From positions 26,630 to 90,629 of IMG/VR virus record IMGVR_UViG_3300029177_000001: DNA of 64,000 bases. One strand, written 5' to 3'. Position 1 is the first letter of the stretch. Each line of letters opens with the position of its first letter. A program made the position numbers and the translations under genes. The DNA comes from a virus. A model generated the notes under the pieces. That model worked only from the letters and a program-made list of their open reading frames with translations. It was not told where the DNA came from and ran no database searches. This document shows positions 47,322-58,249 of the stretch, piece by piece.

Positions 47322-48422
47322 GTGGAGAAGAATTATGTACCAACTAAAGAAGAGTTGTACAACGAGATTATTAGAGTATATAAGAAATGCGAAAAAATGA
47401 ACAAGATAATTCTAAAGGAAGAATCTAATATAGAAATAAGTGATTATTGTTTACATAAGCATGGAGGACTACAAAAGATATGTAAGGAATTGAATATACC
47501 ATTTACATTCCACCAAAGAGTTGATCATAAGGATGTTGTTCAAGATTTATTGAGGGTATTTAATGAGCATCAATATTTAAGTACAGAAAGTTATAAGAAA
47601 TACGGTAAATATTCTGTTACCTGCGTTAAAGATCATTTTGATGGATCTTTTAATAAAGCATTAGAAACTCTTAATTTACCTATTAATATGTATAAGAATG
47701 TTACGAAAAAAGATATTAAAGATGACGTTTTAGAAATATTTAAAGACAAAAAAGTTAGTAGTACTGTTTACAGACGCGATGGCAAATATTCACAATCTAC
47801 CATTGAACGATTATTTGGTTCATGGAAAGGACTAATGAAAGAAATGGATTTGCCATATACTTCACATGATTATGGATTTGATGAAATGTTAAGGCAATTA
47901 AATAATGTGTATGAAAAATATGGATGCATAAATAAAACACTGATAGATGAGGAATGTGACTTTACTTATCAGGCATTGAAATATTATATAAAAGATAAAG
48001 AAGAACTATGTAAATTACTTAATAAAGAAAATTTGTTTTCAGATTCTTTGAGTGTAAAAGCTAATCTTTTAAGACGTATATTATATTTATTATTCGGAGA
48101 TGAAAATATTGAATCTGAAAAAACATGGAGTTGGTTAAAAAATGATAAAACTCAAAAAAATCTATATGTTGATTTCTATATAGATAAATTTAATTTAGCA
48201 ATTGAATACGATGGAATACAACATTACAAGATGTATACAAGTTTTCATAGAACTGAACAAGATTTCATTGACTCTTGCGCTAGAGATAAATTAAAAGAAA
48301 AACTTTTAAAGCAACACAAAATTGATTTAATAAGAATCCCATATACATTAAAGTTATGTGAAAAAAATGTAAATAATCTTGTAATTAGCAACTTATTAAG
48401 TAAGAATGGAACGAAAATATGA
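47322..48422 (+). CDS. putative free-standing homing endonuclease: repeated DNA-binding modules + C-terminal Vsr/DUF559-like endonuclease domain
   Basis: three ~50-aa repeats (...GKYSxxTIERLFGSWxxALxxLNLP) and C-terminal FNLAIEYDGIQHY...RDKLKEKLLKQHKIDLIRIPY. Confidence 0.5.
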   Translation: MEKNYVPTKEELYNEIIRVYKKCEKMNKIILKEESNIEISDYCLHKHGGLQKICKELNIPFTFHQRVDHKDVVQDLLRVFNEHQYLSTESYKKYGKYSVTCVKDHFDGSFNKALETLNLPINMYKNVTKKDIKDDVLEIFKDKKVSSTVYRRDGKYSQSTIERLFGSWKGLMKEMDLPYTSHDYGFDEMLRQLNNVYEKYGCINKTLIDEECDFTYQALKYYIKDKEELCKLLNKENLFSDSLSVKANLLRRILYLLFGDENIESEKTWSWLKNDKTQKNLYVDFYIDKFNLAIEYDGIQHYKMYTSFHRTEQDFIDSCARDKLKEKLLKQHKIDLIRIPYTLKLCEKNVNNLVISNLLSKNGTKI

Positions 48423-51400
48423 AGAGATACGAAAATTATCATAAACATTGTCATGAAAGTAATATTACAACATTAGATTGTGTTGTAAAAAATACAGATT
48501 ATATTTCTAGAAGTTTAGAATTAGGCTGTAAAAACTATTTTACGACTCAACATGGATGGACTGGAAAATATTTAGAGGCGTATGATTTATGTAAAAAAAA
48601 TAATTTGAAAATGATATATGCTGCGGAATTATATATGGTAAAAGATAGAAAAGAAAAAGATAATTCAAATTATCATATTGTAATTGTAGCAAAAAATCAA
48701 GATGGATTTTATGAATTAAATGAAATTATGTCGGAAAGTAATAAAACAGGTTTTTATTACAAACCAAGGATTGATATAGAGTTAATTAAAAGATTAAATC
48801 CAAACAACTTCATTGTAACTTCAGCTTGTGTGGGCGGAATATTGAGACCAGGCAATGATATGAAAGTTATGTTTGAAACTATATATGGACATTTTAATAA
48901 AAATTTTTATTTAGAAGTGCAAAATCATCAATATGATATACAGACTAGTCATAATAAAAATATGCTGTTGTTGAAACAACATTATGGCTTAAAGTTAATA
49001 CATGCAAATGATAGTCACTATATTTATCCGGAACAGTCAAAAGACAGACTAAATTTTTTAAAAGGTAAAGGAATGAACTATGGTGATGAAGATAGTTTTA
49101 TTCTTGATTTTCCTGATTATGACACAATTGTAGAACGATATAAAAAACAAGGGATCTTATCAGATTGGCAAATTGAAGAAGCATTACAAAATACACTAAT
49201 TTTTGATGAATGTGAAAATTTATATTTTGACAAGGAAATTAAAATGCCAACTATTTATCCAGGATATACACAAGAAGAAAAAGATAAGGAACTTGCAAAG
49301 CATATATGTAGTAAATGGGATAATGAAAAGGTAAATGTTGATAAATCAAGATGGGAAGAGTATAAAAAGGGAATTGCATATGAATATAAAATAATAAAAG
49401 ATACTAAAATGTCTGACTATTTTTTGTTTAATGAAAAAATGGTAGATCTTGCGAAGAGAAAATATGGTGGAGTTTTATCAAGAACAGGTAGGGGATCAGC
49501 AGTTTCTTTCTATATTAATAAGTTACTTGGATTTACTGAAATTGATAGATTTGCAGCACCAGTACCATTATATCCAACTAGGTTCATGAGTACTGCTAGA
49601 ATTTTAGAAACAAGATCTTTACCAGATATAGATCAGAATTGGGCACAGGTTGATGCACCAATTAAAGCCTCAAAAGAATTATTAGGTGATGATGGTGTTT
49701 ACTATATGTATGCACTAGGTACTATGAAGGAATCATCAGCATTTAGAAATCTTTGTAGAGCATATGAATTTCCAATGCATGAGTATAACGAAGTCGCTAA
49801 AAATATTGATGCATATAGGGAGGATAAGAAATGGAAAAATATTATTGAAGAATCACAGAAGTATATTGGTACAATTGAAAGTATTTCACCAAGTCCGTGC
49901 AGTTTTGTTTTGTCAAATAAACCTTTATCTAGAGAATTAGGTTTAATTAGGATTGGTGGAGAATTATGTGCATGTATTGATGGATATACATCTGATGTAT
50001 GGAAATATCTTAAAAACGATTACCTTACTGTAACAGTGTGGCGTATAATTTCAAATTTTTATAAAAGAATTAAACAACCAATTCCTAATATTCGTGAACT
50101 ATTAAATAAAATAGATGGAAATACATGGAAATTATATGAAGATGGTATGACATCAACATTAAATCAAGCTGATACAGAGATTTCCACGTCAATGTTAAAA
50201 AAATATAAACCAAAAACAGATGCAGAAATGAGTGCTTTTGTAGCTGCAATTAGACCTGGGTTTGCAAGCTTGGTAAATACATTTCTAAATAGAAAAAAAT
50301 ATACTACTGGTGTAAAAGAAATCGATGAAATATTGGCACCGAGTTATCATTTTATGTTGTACCAAGAATCTATTATGGCATTTTTAGTATGGTGCGGCAT
50401 GAAAGAGGATCATACATATGACATCATTAAAAAGATTAGTAAGAAAAAATTTACAGATGATGCAAAAGAAGAGTTAAGACAAGAATTGTTGCATGGATAT
50501 AAAAAGAATCTAGGAACAGAAAAGGGATTTGATGAAGTTTGGCAAGTAGTAGATGATGCGGCTAGATACAGCTTTAATGCTTCACATGCAGTATCAGTAG
50601 CATACGATAGCCTATATGGTGCTGAAGCAAAATCACATCATCCATTAGAGTATTTTGAAACAGTGTTGAATGAATATAAATCAGATAATGAAAAAACTAG
50701 CCGTATTATTGCTGAATTAGATTATTTTGGTATTACATTAGAGGGTATTAAATTCGGAAAATCAAAGAATGAATATACGTCAGATAAAGAAACAAACACA
50801 ATATATAAGTCTATTTCATCTATTAAATATTGTAACGAAAAAATAGCCACAGAATTATATGAACTTGGTAGTAAAAATAAATATAACAGCTTCGTAGAAG
50901 TGTTGGACGACATTAAGAAGAAAACATCAGTCAATTCTAAACAGCTTACAATCCTTACTGGTCTAAATTTCTTTAGTGAATTTGGTGGTAATAAATATCT
51001 ACTAAATGTTATTGACATCTATGAAAAGTTTTCAAAATGTAAACAAATCAGTAAAAAGAAATTAGATTCATTGGGACTAACAGAGTTTTTGATGAAAAAA
51101 TACTCTGGTAAAGAAACGGCTTCATTATATAAGGATATAGATAATGTAGGTTTAATAGAAGAACTTTGTAGTCACGTAGAGAATAAAAAAATGGGTATTA
51201 TTGAATCTATGAAATTTGAGAAAGAATATCTTGAGTATATCGTATATACCAATGAAAATGTTTCTCCGCTTTATTATATGGTCACAGATTTTAAGACTTA
51301 CAAAGATACAACAAAACCATATATTACAGCAAGACAGATTAGAACAGGGAAAGAGGTTAAAACCAGAATTAAACAAGGTAAAATTTTCAAAGAAAATCCA

Positions 51401-51532
51401 TTTGGTCAATGGTCTGTTCTAAAAATAAATGAATTCTCGCAAGAATTTAAGAAACGACCGAATGCTGAAGGTAAGTGGGAGGCGACAGATGAACTAGAAG
51501 ATATCCTTACAGAATATGAGGTGATTAGGTGA
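48419..51532 (+). CDS. dnaE: DNA polymerase III alpha subunit (DnaE-type)
   Basis: N-terminal PHP (YHKHCHES...D), palm/fingers FNASHAVSVAYDSLYGAEAKSHHP; 1037 aa. Confidence 0.85.
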   Translation: MKRYENYHKHCHESNITTLDCVVKNTDYISRSLELGCKNYFTTQHGWTGKYLEAYDLCKKNNLKMIYAAELYMVKDRKEKDNSNYHIVIVAKNQDGFYELNEIMSESNKTGFYYKPRIDIELIKRLNPNNFIVTSACVGGILRPGNDMKVMFETIYGHFNKNFYLEVQNHQYDIQTSHNKNMLLLKQHYGLKLIHANDSHYIYPEQSKDRLNFLKGKGMNYGDEDSFILDFPDYDTIVERYKKQGILSDWQIEEALQNTLIFDECENLYFDKEIKMPTIYPGYTQEEKDKELAKHICSKWDNEKVNVDKSRWEEYKKGIAYEYKIIKDTKMSDYFLFNEKMVDLAKRKYGGVLSRTGRGSAVSFYINKLLGFTEIDRFAAPVPLYPTRFMSTARILETRSLPDIDQNWAQVDAPIKASKELLGDDGVYYMYALGTMKESSAFRNLCRAYEFPMHEYNEVAKNIDAYREDKKWKNIIEESQKYIGTIESISPSPCSFVLSNKPLSRELGLIRIGGELCACIDGYTSDVWKYLKNDYLTVTVWRIISNFYKRIKQPIPNIRELLNKIDGNTWKLYEDGMTSTLNQADTEISTSMLKKYKPKTDAEMSAFVAAIRPGFASLVNTFLNRKKYTTGVKEIDEILAPSYHFMLYQESIMAFLVWCGMKEDHTYDIIKKISKKKFTDDAKEELRQELLHGYKKNLGTEKGFDEVWQVVDDAARYSFNASHAVSVAYDSLYGAEAKSHHPLEYFETVLNEYKSDNEKTSRIIAELDYFGITLEGIKFGKSKNEYTSDKETNTIYKSISSIKYCNEKIATELYELGSKNKYNSFVEVLDDIKKKTSVNSKQLTILTGLNFFSEFGGNKYLLNVIDIYEKFSKCKQISKKKLDSLGLTEFLMKKYSGKETASLYKDIDNVGLIEELCSHVENKKMGIIESMKFEKEYLEYIVYTNENVSPLYYMVTDFKTYKDTTKPYITARQIRTGKEVKTRIKQGKIFKENPFGQWSVLKINEFSQEFKKRPNAEGKWEATDELEDILTEYEVIR

Positions 51533-51541
51533 TGAAAAATT

Positions 51542-53818
51542 ATGGATAAAAAAGAAGTTAAATTTAAATGTTCTGTTGTTAGAAAAACATATGACGGTGG
51601 AGATTACAAAATCTACGCTGTTGATGTTGACAAAAATAAATATCCGGATATAAAGTTCACAAAATATGGAAATGTAACATTAACAGGAGAAATGCATGAA
51701 CTTGGCGTAGGGTCAAATTATGAAGTTGCTGCGGTTGAGCAGTTATCTAAATATGGATACGGTTACAAGGTAACAAACATTAAAAGAGATAGACCAACAA
51801 ACGCAGAAGAAACTTATGTTTTCTTAAGAGAAATTCTCACAGAAAATCAAGCCGATGTTTTATGCAAGGTTTATCCAGATATTGTGGATAGGGTAATCAA
51901 TAACAGATTGGATGATATTGATTTAAACAAAACACCTGGAATAAAAGAGTATACGTTTGATGTGATCAAAAATAAGATTGTCGAAAACTTTTGTTTGGCA
52001 GAAATTGTAACGGAGTTTCAAGGAATGCTGACGCTTTCTATGGTAAAAAAATTGCATGAAAAATATTCATCTGTTCAAATGATAAAACAAAAAATGAGAG
52101 AAGATCCATATAAATGCCTATGTGGATTGGCAAGAGTTGGTTTTAAAACTGCGGACTCAATTTTACTTGAATTGGAAAGAGAGTCTTTGGAAAGTATTAA
52201 AAACGGAAAGAAGCCAATAATAGAATTTAATTGTGATTTGAAAACAAGTAAACAAAGATGTTTATCATGTGTGTTGTACCTATTAGAAGAGAATGAAAAT
52301 AACGGACATACTGTGATGGATATTGTTGATTTAAGAAATCAATGTATGAAATTAACCCCTGCATGTTCAGATTTGTTTGTGGATTGCATCAAACATGAAA
52401 GTATCATTTATGACAGGGATACGATGAACGTAGCTTTGAAGTCTACATATGATACAGAACAATGTATTGCAAATGCGATTATTGAAGGACTAAGGCAAAA
52501 TACAAAATGGAATTTTAATATAGAAAAATATAGAACTGTAAATAATGGATGTGAATTGTCAACTGAGCAGATAAAAATACTGGATTATATTTGTAAATAT
52601 AACATTTGTATACTGAATGGATCAGGAGGAACTGGTAAAACATTTTCGACACAATCTGTTATTCAAATGCTTAAAGACAATAATAAGTCATATGAGTTAT
52701 TTTCACCAACAGGTAAAGCAGCAAAAGTTTTGTCTGAAAATACTGGTGAACAAGCAAGTACAATTCATAGAGGTCTTGGATATATGCCACCCGACAAATG
52801 GGGATATAACGAAGCAGAAAAGATGATGTGTGATGTATTAATTGTGGATGAGTTTTCTATGGTTGATTTGCGATTATTTAAACATATTATAGATGCGATT
52901 GATTTCAAGCGCACAAAACTTCTAATGATAGGAGACAACGCACAGCTTCCGTCTGTTTCATGCGGGAATTTACTTCATGACTTTATGCAGTCCAAAATGA
53001 TTCCGACTGTTACTCTTACGAAAGTATTTAGATACGGCGAAGGTGGTTTAATGAAAGTAGCTACAGACGTAAGACAATGTAAACAATATCTTAATAATAT
53101 TAATCAACAATGTACATATTTTGGAGACAACAAAGATTATGCTTTTATAAATGTTGGTTCAAGCACAATTGTCAAAAATCTAATTGCTCTATATCAAAAA
53201 TTGCTTTCGAGTGGGAAATATAATGTAGATGATATTCAAGTTCTTACTTCCTATAAGAAAGGCGATTATGGACAGATTGTAATTAATAACCAATTACAAA
53301 AAATAGCGAATAAAAATTATGGCAGTCAAGATTTTATGAAGGTTGGAGATATTACTTATTATAAAGACGACATCATCATACAAAATACTAATAATTATCA
53401 TGCTCGAATTTTCTATGAAGATGACTTTATTCCAGATGATATGCCGAAGGAAACGTTTATTGCGAATGGCGAGACAGGGAAAATTAAAAAAATTGATCAA
53501 AATAAAGTTATTATCGAATTTGATGATGTGTTAGTAGAATACGATAGAAGCGCAATGCAAATGTGTGGATTAGGCTATTGTATTACCATTCACAAATCTC
53601 AAGGAAGCAGTATTAAAGTCGTATTACTGATCACTCCTGCAGCACATACATATATGTTAAATTCAAATCTAATTTATGTAGGTTTAACAAGAATGAAAGA
53701 AAGATGTTTTCATTTTGGAGATACAACAACTGTGAATAGAGCTATTAAGAAAAAGGCTAATTTATCAAGAAATACGTTTATGCAGAAGTTATTAAAAAGC
53801 AAAGCAAAAGGAGAATGA
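51542..53818 (+). CDS. RecD-like SF1 DNA helicase
   Basis: Walker A GSGGTGKTF, DEFSM Walker B, conserved C-terminal helicase motifs (TIHKSQGS, YVGLTR). Confidence 0.75.
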   Translation: MDKKEVKFKCSVVRKTYDGGDYKIYAVDVDKNKYPDIKFTKYGNVTLTGEMHELGVGSNYEVAAVEQLSKYGYGYKVTNIKRDRPTNAEETYVFLREILTENQADVLCKVYPDIVDRVINNRLDDIDLNKTPGIKEYTFDVIKNKIVENFCLAEIVTEFQGMLTLSMVKKLHEKYSSVQMIKQKMREDPYKCLCGLARVGFKTADSILLELERESLESIKNGKKPIIEFNCDLKTSKQRCLSCVLYLLEENENNGHTVMDIVDLRNQCMKLTPACSDLFVDCIKHESIIYDRDTMNVALKSTYDTEQCIANAIIEGLRQNTKWNFNIEKYRTVNNGCELSTEQIKILDYICKYNICILNGSGGTGKTFSTQSVIQMLKDNNKSYELFSPTGKAAKVLSENTGEQASTIHRGLGYMPPDKWGYNEAEKMMCDVLIVDEFSMVDLRLFKHIIDAIDFKRTKLLMIGDNAQLPSVSCGNLLHDFMQSKMIPTVTLTKVFRYGEGGLMKVATDVRQCKQYLNNINQQCTYFGDNKDYAFINVGSSTIVKNLIALYQKLLSSGKYNVDDIQVLTSYKKGDYGQIVINNQLQKIANKNYGSQDFMKVGDITYYKDDIIIQNTNNYHARIFYEDDFIPDDMPKETFIANGETGKIKKIDQNKVIIEFDDVLVEYDRSAMQMCGLGYCITIHKSQGSSIKVVLLITPAAHTYMLNSNLIYVGLTRMKERCFHFGDTTTVNRAIKKKANLSRNTFMQKLLKSKAKGE

Positions 53819-53822
53819 AGAT

Positions 53823-54056
53823 ATGAATTCAGAAATTATTATTGCAATAGTTTTATCAATGCTGGTTGTAATATATGCAGTTATTGAAATTATAAATATT
53901 GCATCAAACATAAAGGTTAAAAATACTTATATTGAATATAGAGATCTATTAAAAGAACAGAATGACTTGTTAAATGAAGATATCCATTGCTTGAAGACGC
54001 TTCTTGGGATTGTGGTTGACAAAGTAGAATCAGAGAGAAAAGGAAATAAAAAATGA
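53823..54056 (+). CDS. small membrane protein
   Basis: N-terminal TM helix IIIAIVLSMLVVIYAVIEI. Confidence 0.4.
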   Translation: MNSEIIIAIVLSMLVVIYAVIEIINIASNIKVKNTYIEYRDLLKEQNDLLNEDIHCLKTLLGIVVDKVESERKGNKK

Positions 54057-54883
54057 GAACAGATATTGTATCGTGCAAAGATTATGTAGAGATTAAAAAG
54101 AAAGAATTAGAAGAAGAGATTCAACATTTCAATAGAAAACCTGTACTTGCTGTAATTCAGATTGACAATGATCAGGCATCAAACTCCTATATCAAAGGGA
54201 AACAAAAAGATTGTGATGAGATTGGAATAGAAATGCGTCATGTAAATATTTATTCTAATGTAGCAGGGCAGAAGGAAGTTGAATGTATTATCAAAGATAT
54301 TGCAAAATCTGATGCAGATGGAATTATTATTCAACTCCCAATTCCAGATAAATATGATTTAAATCAGTTACAGAATTTAATTCCACCAGAAAAAGATGTA
54401 GATGGATTTAGAAAAGGCAGTTGTTTCAAACCATGTACTCCAAAAGGAATTATCGATTGGATGGAATATAACAACTTCGAGTTTAAAGGCAAGGATTGCT
54501 GTGTATTAGGCAGAAGTAAAATTGTTGGGCTTCCATTGACCAATATGCTAATTGAAAAAGGGGCAACAGTTACATGCTGTAATAGTACGACTCCGAGTAC
54601 ATGGTACTACACTAGAAATGCAGATTATGCTTTTTCTGCAGTTGGAGTTCCAAACTATTTTGATTTTTCAGACTTCCAAGATTTTTGTGAACTTGTTGTA
54701 GATATTGGAATTAATCGAGATGAGAATGGAAAATTATGTGGTGATGTAAACAATGCTGGGTTTGAGAGTAGTTTAAATGATACATATGTTACGCCGGTAC
54801 CCGGCGGGGTAGGATTACTCACAAGATTGGCATTAATGCAAAATGTTGTAGACGCATATAAAATTCAGAAAATGAAAGGATGA
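54053..54883 (+). CDS. folD: bifunctional methylene-THF dehydrogenase/cyclohydrolase FolD
   Basis: PCTPKGI, GRSKIVGLPL, TPVPGGVG motifs; 276 aa. Confidence 0.8.
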   Translation: MRTDIVSCKDYVEIKKKELEEEIQHFNRKPVLAVIQIDNDQASNSYIKGKQKDCDEIGIEMRHVNIYSNVAGQKEVECIIKDIAKSDADGIIIQLPIPDKYDLNQLQNLIPPEKDVDGFRKGSCFKPCTPKGIIDWMEYNNFEFKGKDCCVLGRSKIVGLPLTNMLIEKGATVTCCNSTTPSTWYYTRNADYAFSAVGVPNYFDFSDFQDFCELVVDIGINRDENGKLCGDVNNAGFESSLNDTYVTPVPGGVGLLTRLALMQNVVDAYKIQKMKG

Positions 54884-54887
54884 TTGA

Positions 54888-55166
54888 ATGTTTAAGTTTT
54901 TTAAATGTAATCACGAATATAAAGAAGTCGGAAAATATTACACAATCGTCATGGATTATGAGTGCAAACATATTATGGCTGTTTCCGTATCCGAATGTAC
55001 AGTTTGCGGAGAACGAAAATCTGATGTTGTATATGAAGAAACTATTTCTTCAAATTCAGAATACGAAGTTGATGACGTGATTCAAACATTAGAAGATAGA
55101 GGGTTTTGTCCAAAATTAAACTTCATGTTGGATGATTATGAACGAAGAAAAAATGCAAAGGAGTGA
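54888..55166 (+). CDS. zinc-finger protein
   Basis: CNHEY...CKH...CTVCGE. Confidence 0.4.
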   Translation: MFKFFKCNHEYKEVGKYYTIVMDYECKHIMAVSVSECTVCGERKSDVVYEETISSNSEYEVDDVIQTLEDRGFCPKLNFMLDDYERRKNAKE

Positions 55167-55170
55167 TTTG

Positions 55171-57135
55171 ATGGATAAGATTAAAAGAATTCAAGAACTT
55201 GTAAAGCAGCTAAATGAATATAGAAACGCTTACTATAATGAAGCAAGGTCTGATGTTTCTGATGCAGCATATGACAAATTATTCGATGAGTTATCAGAAC
55301 TTGAAAAAGAAACTGGAGTTGTATATGCAAATTCACCAACACAAACTGTTGGATATGTGGTGAAATCAGAACTTGAAAAAGTTAAACATTCTCATCCAAT
55401 GTTATCGCTAGATAAAACAAAATCTGTTGATGATTTAGTAAAATTTGCCCGAGAAAAAGACTGTATTTTAAGTCTGAAAATGGATGGATTGACATGTCTT
55501 CTTACATATGAAAACGGAGAGTTGGTTCAGGCGGAAACTCGTGGAGATGGAGAAGTCGGGGAATTAATCACTCATAATGCAAAAGTCTTTGATAATATTC
55601 CTCTAACGATTGATTATAAAGGACATTTTGAGATCGAAGGAGAAGCCATTATTACATATGATGACTTTAATAAAATTAATGAGTTTTTGTCGGATGATAA
55701 GAAATATAAGAATCCAAGGAATTTAGCTTCTGGATCTGTGCGACAGTTAGATAGCAAGATTGCATCACAAAGACATATTAAATTTATTGCTTGGAAAGTC
55801 CCGACAGAAGTTGCATCAAATAGTTTTATCAATAGATTACAGTATGCTGCAGAATTAGGATTTGACACAGTCCCATTTTTGCCTATTCGTGGAAATTCTA
55901 ATGCAGAATTTATTAATATTGTGATTGAACAATTGCAGAGACGGGCGAATGAAAAGGGCTTTCCGATTGATGGCTTAGTGGCAACGTACAACGATATTAC
56001 ATACGGAGAGTCACTTGGAATGACAGGTCATCATCCTAAACATTCTATTGCATTTAAATTTTACGATGAAGAAGTCGAAACGGTATTGAAGAATATTGAA
56101 TGGTCAATGGGCAAGACCGGTTCATTAACACCTGTAGCAATTTTCGATCCTGTAGAAATTGACGGGACTATGGTGGAAAGAGCCAGCCTTCACAATGTAA
56201 GTATTCTTACTAAATTAGATTTACAAATTGGAGATACAATTATTGTATATAAAGCAAATCAAATTATCCCACAAGTAAAAGAAAACTTATCTGCAAAAGA
56301 CAGAGAATCAGCTTATATCCGGATTCCATCACAGTGTCCTGTATGTGAATCATCAACACAGATTGTAAAAGAAAATGATTCAGAAGTTTTGATGTGCACT
56401 AATCCACATTGTAAAGGTAAATTGCTAGGAAGAGTTTCTCATTTTGTTTCCAAGAAAGGTATGGATATTTCGGGATTGTCCGAAGAAACAATCAAGAAAT
56501 TTATTGAACTTGGATGGATTGCAGAAATTACAGACGTATATAATCTTGAGCAACATTATGACAGACTTTCTACAATGAGTGGTTTTGGAAGGAAATCAGT
56601 AGATAAATTAAGAAAGTCGATTGAAAATAGCAAGACAGTAAGATTGGACAAGTTTATTACTTCATTGAGTATTCCTGGAATCGGAACTTCACAATCAAGG
56701 GAGTTGGCAAAAGTATTTAACACATGGGATGATTTTAGAGATGCAAGTGTTGGGTGTTATAACTTTACACAGATAGATGGATTTGGAGATGTATTAAGTA
56801 AAAATATCCACTCATGGTTTAAAGACATGTGCGGTATTGCAGATAACCTTGCTTCTCTTATGACTTTTGAAGCAAAAGAAAAACAAAATGCAGATAATTC
56901 GTTAGATGGCAAATCATTTGTTGTGACAGGGAAAGTTTTCAGATTCAAAAATCGTGACGAAGTAAAAGCAGAAATTGAAAAACGTGGTGGAAAAGTTGCT
57001 GGATCAGTAACCAAATCTACATATGCTTTGATTAATAATGATATTGAATCAAATAGCAGTAAAAATAAAAAAGCAAAAGAACTTGGTGTAAAGATTATCA
57101 CCGAAGATCAATTGATTGAAATGTTGGGTATGTAG
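55171..57135 (+). CDS. ligA: NAD-dependent DNA ligase LigA
   Basis: KMDGL adenylation motif, OB, Cys4 zinc finger (CPVCES...C..C), HhH, C-terminal BRCT; RBS AAAGGAGTGA before ATG 55171. Confidence 0.85.
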   Translation: MDKIKRIQELVKQLNEYRNAYYNEARSDVSDAAYDKLFDELSELEKETGVVYANSPTQTVGYVVKSELEKVKHSHPMLSLDKTKSVDDLVKFAREKDCILSLKMDGLTCLLTYENGELVQAETRGDGEVGELITHNAKVFDNIPLTIDYKGHFEIEGEAIITYDDFNKINEFLSDDKKYKNPRNLASGSVRQLDSKIASQRHIKFIAWKVPTEVASNSFINRLQYAAELGFDTVPFLPIRGNSNAEFINIVIEQLQRRANEKGFPIDGLVATYNDITYGESLGMTGHHPKHSIAFKFYDEEVETVLKNIEWSMGKTGSLTPVAIFDPVEIDGTMVERASLHNVSILTKLDLQIGDTIIVYKANQIIPQVKENLSAKDRESAYIRIPSQCPVCESSTQIVKENDSEVLMCTNPHCKGKLLGRVSHFVSKKGMDISGLSEETIKKFIELGWIAEITDVYNLEQHYDRLSTMSGFGRKSVDKLRKSIENSKTVRLDKFITSLSIPGIGTSQSRELAKVFNTWDDFRDASVGCYNFTQIDGFGDVLSKNIHSWFKDMCGIADNLASLMTFEAKEKQNADNSLDGKSFVVTGKVFRFKNRDEVKAEIEKRGGKVAGSVTKSTYALINNDIESNSSKNKKAKELGVKIITEDQLIEMLGM

Positions 57136-57182
57136 TTATTTTGCATACCGAAACAACATCATAATAGGAAGGAATTTTGATT

Positions 57183-57422
57183 ATGGAGTTATATATTAAA
57201 TTAAATACTGTAAAAAATGCAATGCTATTTGCAACGGTTTGTGACAATTATGAAGAAGATATTGATTATATTTGTGGGAGATATCAGATTGATGCTAAAT
57301 CAATTCTTGGGATTATGGGAATTGGACTCGAAAGAGAATGCACAGTTGTGCTCCATTCAGAAGATGAGTATGTAAAAAATAAATTTAAAGAAGATATGAA
57401 ACTATGGATTGTGGAGGAATAA
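57183..57422 (+). CDS. hypothetical protein
   Basis: RBS AGGAAGG. Confidence 0.4.
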   Translation: MELYIKLNTVKNAMLFATVCDNYEEDIDYICGRYQIDAKSILGIMGIGLERECTVVLHSEDEYVKNKFKEDMKLWIVEE

Positions 57423-57425
57423 TTT

Positions 57426-58049
57426 ATGAATAAACCCGATTTATCAAAAATGCGCGTAGAAATCAAATGGGCTGAAGATATGTGGCAGCAGATTAAAGAT
57501 GCAACAATGACTACGATTGGTAAAGACAAAGGTTCTTATCCTGATCATGATTGGAAATTGAAGCTTTTAATGGCAGAACACTCTCCGGTCAGACTTGGAT
57601 TTGTAATTTTGAAAATCTATGATGCACCACAATTTGTACATGGACATTTAGTGCGTCATTCAAATGGGGTTGTTCCGTTTGTATCATCACTCAGAAGTGA
57701 CAGGAATAACTATAATGAAGTTCCTGATAGAAACACATTACAGAGTGCTACATATTACTTTAATTTTCAAGCTTTAATCAATGTTGCGAGAAAAAGACTA
57801 TGTAATTGTGCTAGTTACGAAACACAGAAAGCATTTAAGATGATTAAAGATGAAATTGTTAAATTTGAACCAGAAGCAGCAAGCAGAATGGTTAGAGAAT
57901 GCGTGTATAGAAATGGTCTTTGTCCGGAAATGTTTACGTGCGGATATAATAAAACACAAGCATTTGAAGAGGAGTTAAAGGAATATATTAAAGGATTCGA
58001 GCCTCAAATCTGTGACAAAACGAATATCAGAAAAGGAACGAATGAATAA
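57426..58049 (+). CDS. ThyX-like (flavin-dependent thymidylate synthase family) protein, divergent
   Basis: EHSPVRLGFVILKI...HGHLVRHSNGVVPFVSSLRS resembles ThyX core and RHRx7S motif but with RHS instead of RHR; 207 aa. Confidence 0.45.
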   Translation: MNKPDLSKMRVEIKWAEDMWQQIKDATMTTIGKDKGSYPDHDWKLKLLMAEHSPVRLGFVILKIYDAPQFVHGHLVRHSNGVVPFVSSLRSDRNNYNEVPDRNTLQSATYYFNFQALINVARKRLCNCASYETQKAFKMIKDEIVKFEPEAASRMVRECVYRNGLCPEMFTCGYNKTQAFEEELKEYIKGFEPQICDKTNIRKGTNE

Positions 58050-58249
58050 TGCCAGATATGATTTATTATTGCAAACATGAGGAAAATGATTGTCCTGTAA
58101 AAGATACATGTGAAAGATATGTAGATGCGGAACAGCATGAATGTAAAGTTACCTTATATAAAGCGATGTGTGTTGATGATAATGGACGAGTATTGTTTAT
58201 TAATAAAACACCATTAAATATAGAAGATACAGAGGTGAAATTAGAATAA
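58049..58249 (+). CDS. small Cys-rich protein
   Basis: ATGA overlap both sides. Confidence 0.4.
   Translation: MPDMIYYCKHEENDCPVKDTCERYVDAEQHECKVTLYKAMCVDDNGRVLFINKTPLNIEDTEVKLE

Noticed and set aside
57426-58049. Confident call of canonical thymidylate synthase ThyX
   Set aside because: The protein is short (207 aa) and the signature reads RHS rather than RHR, so it is labelled ThyX-like only.
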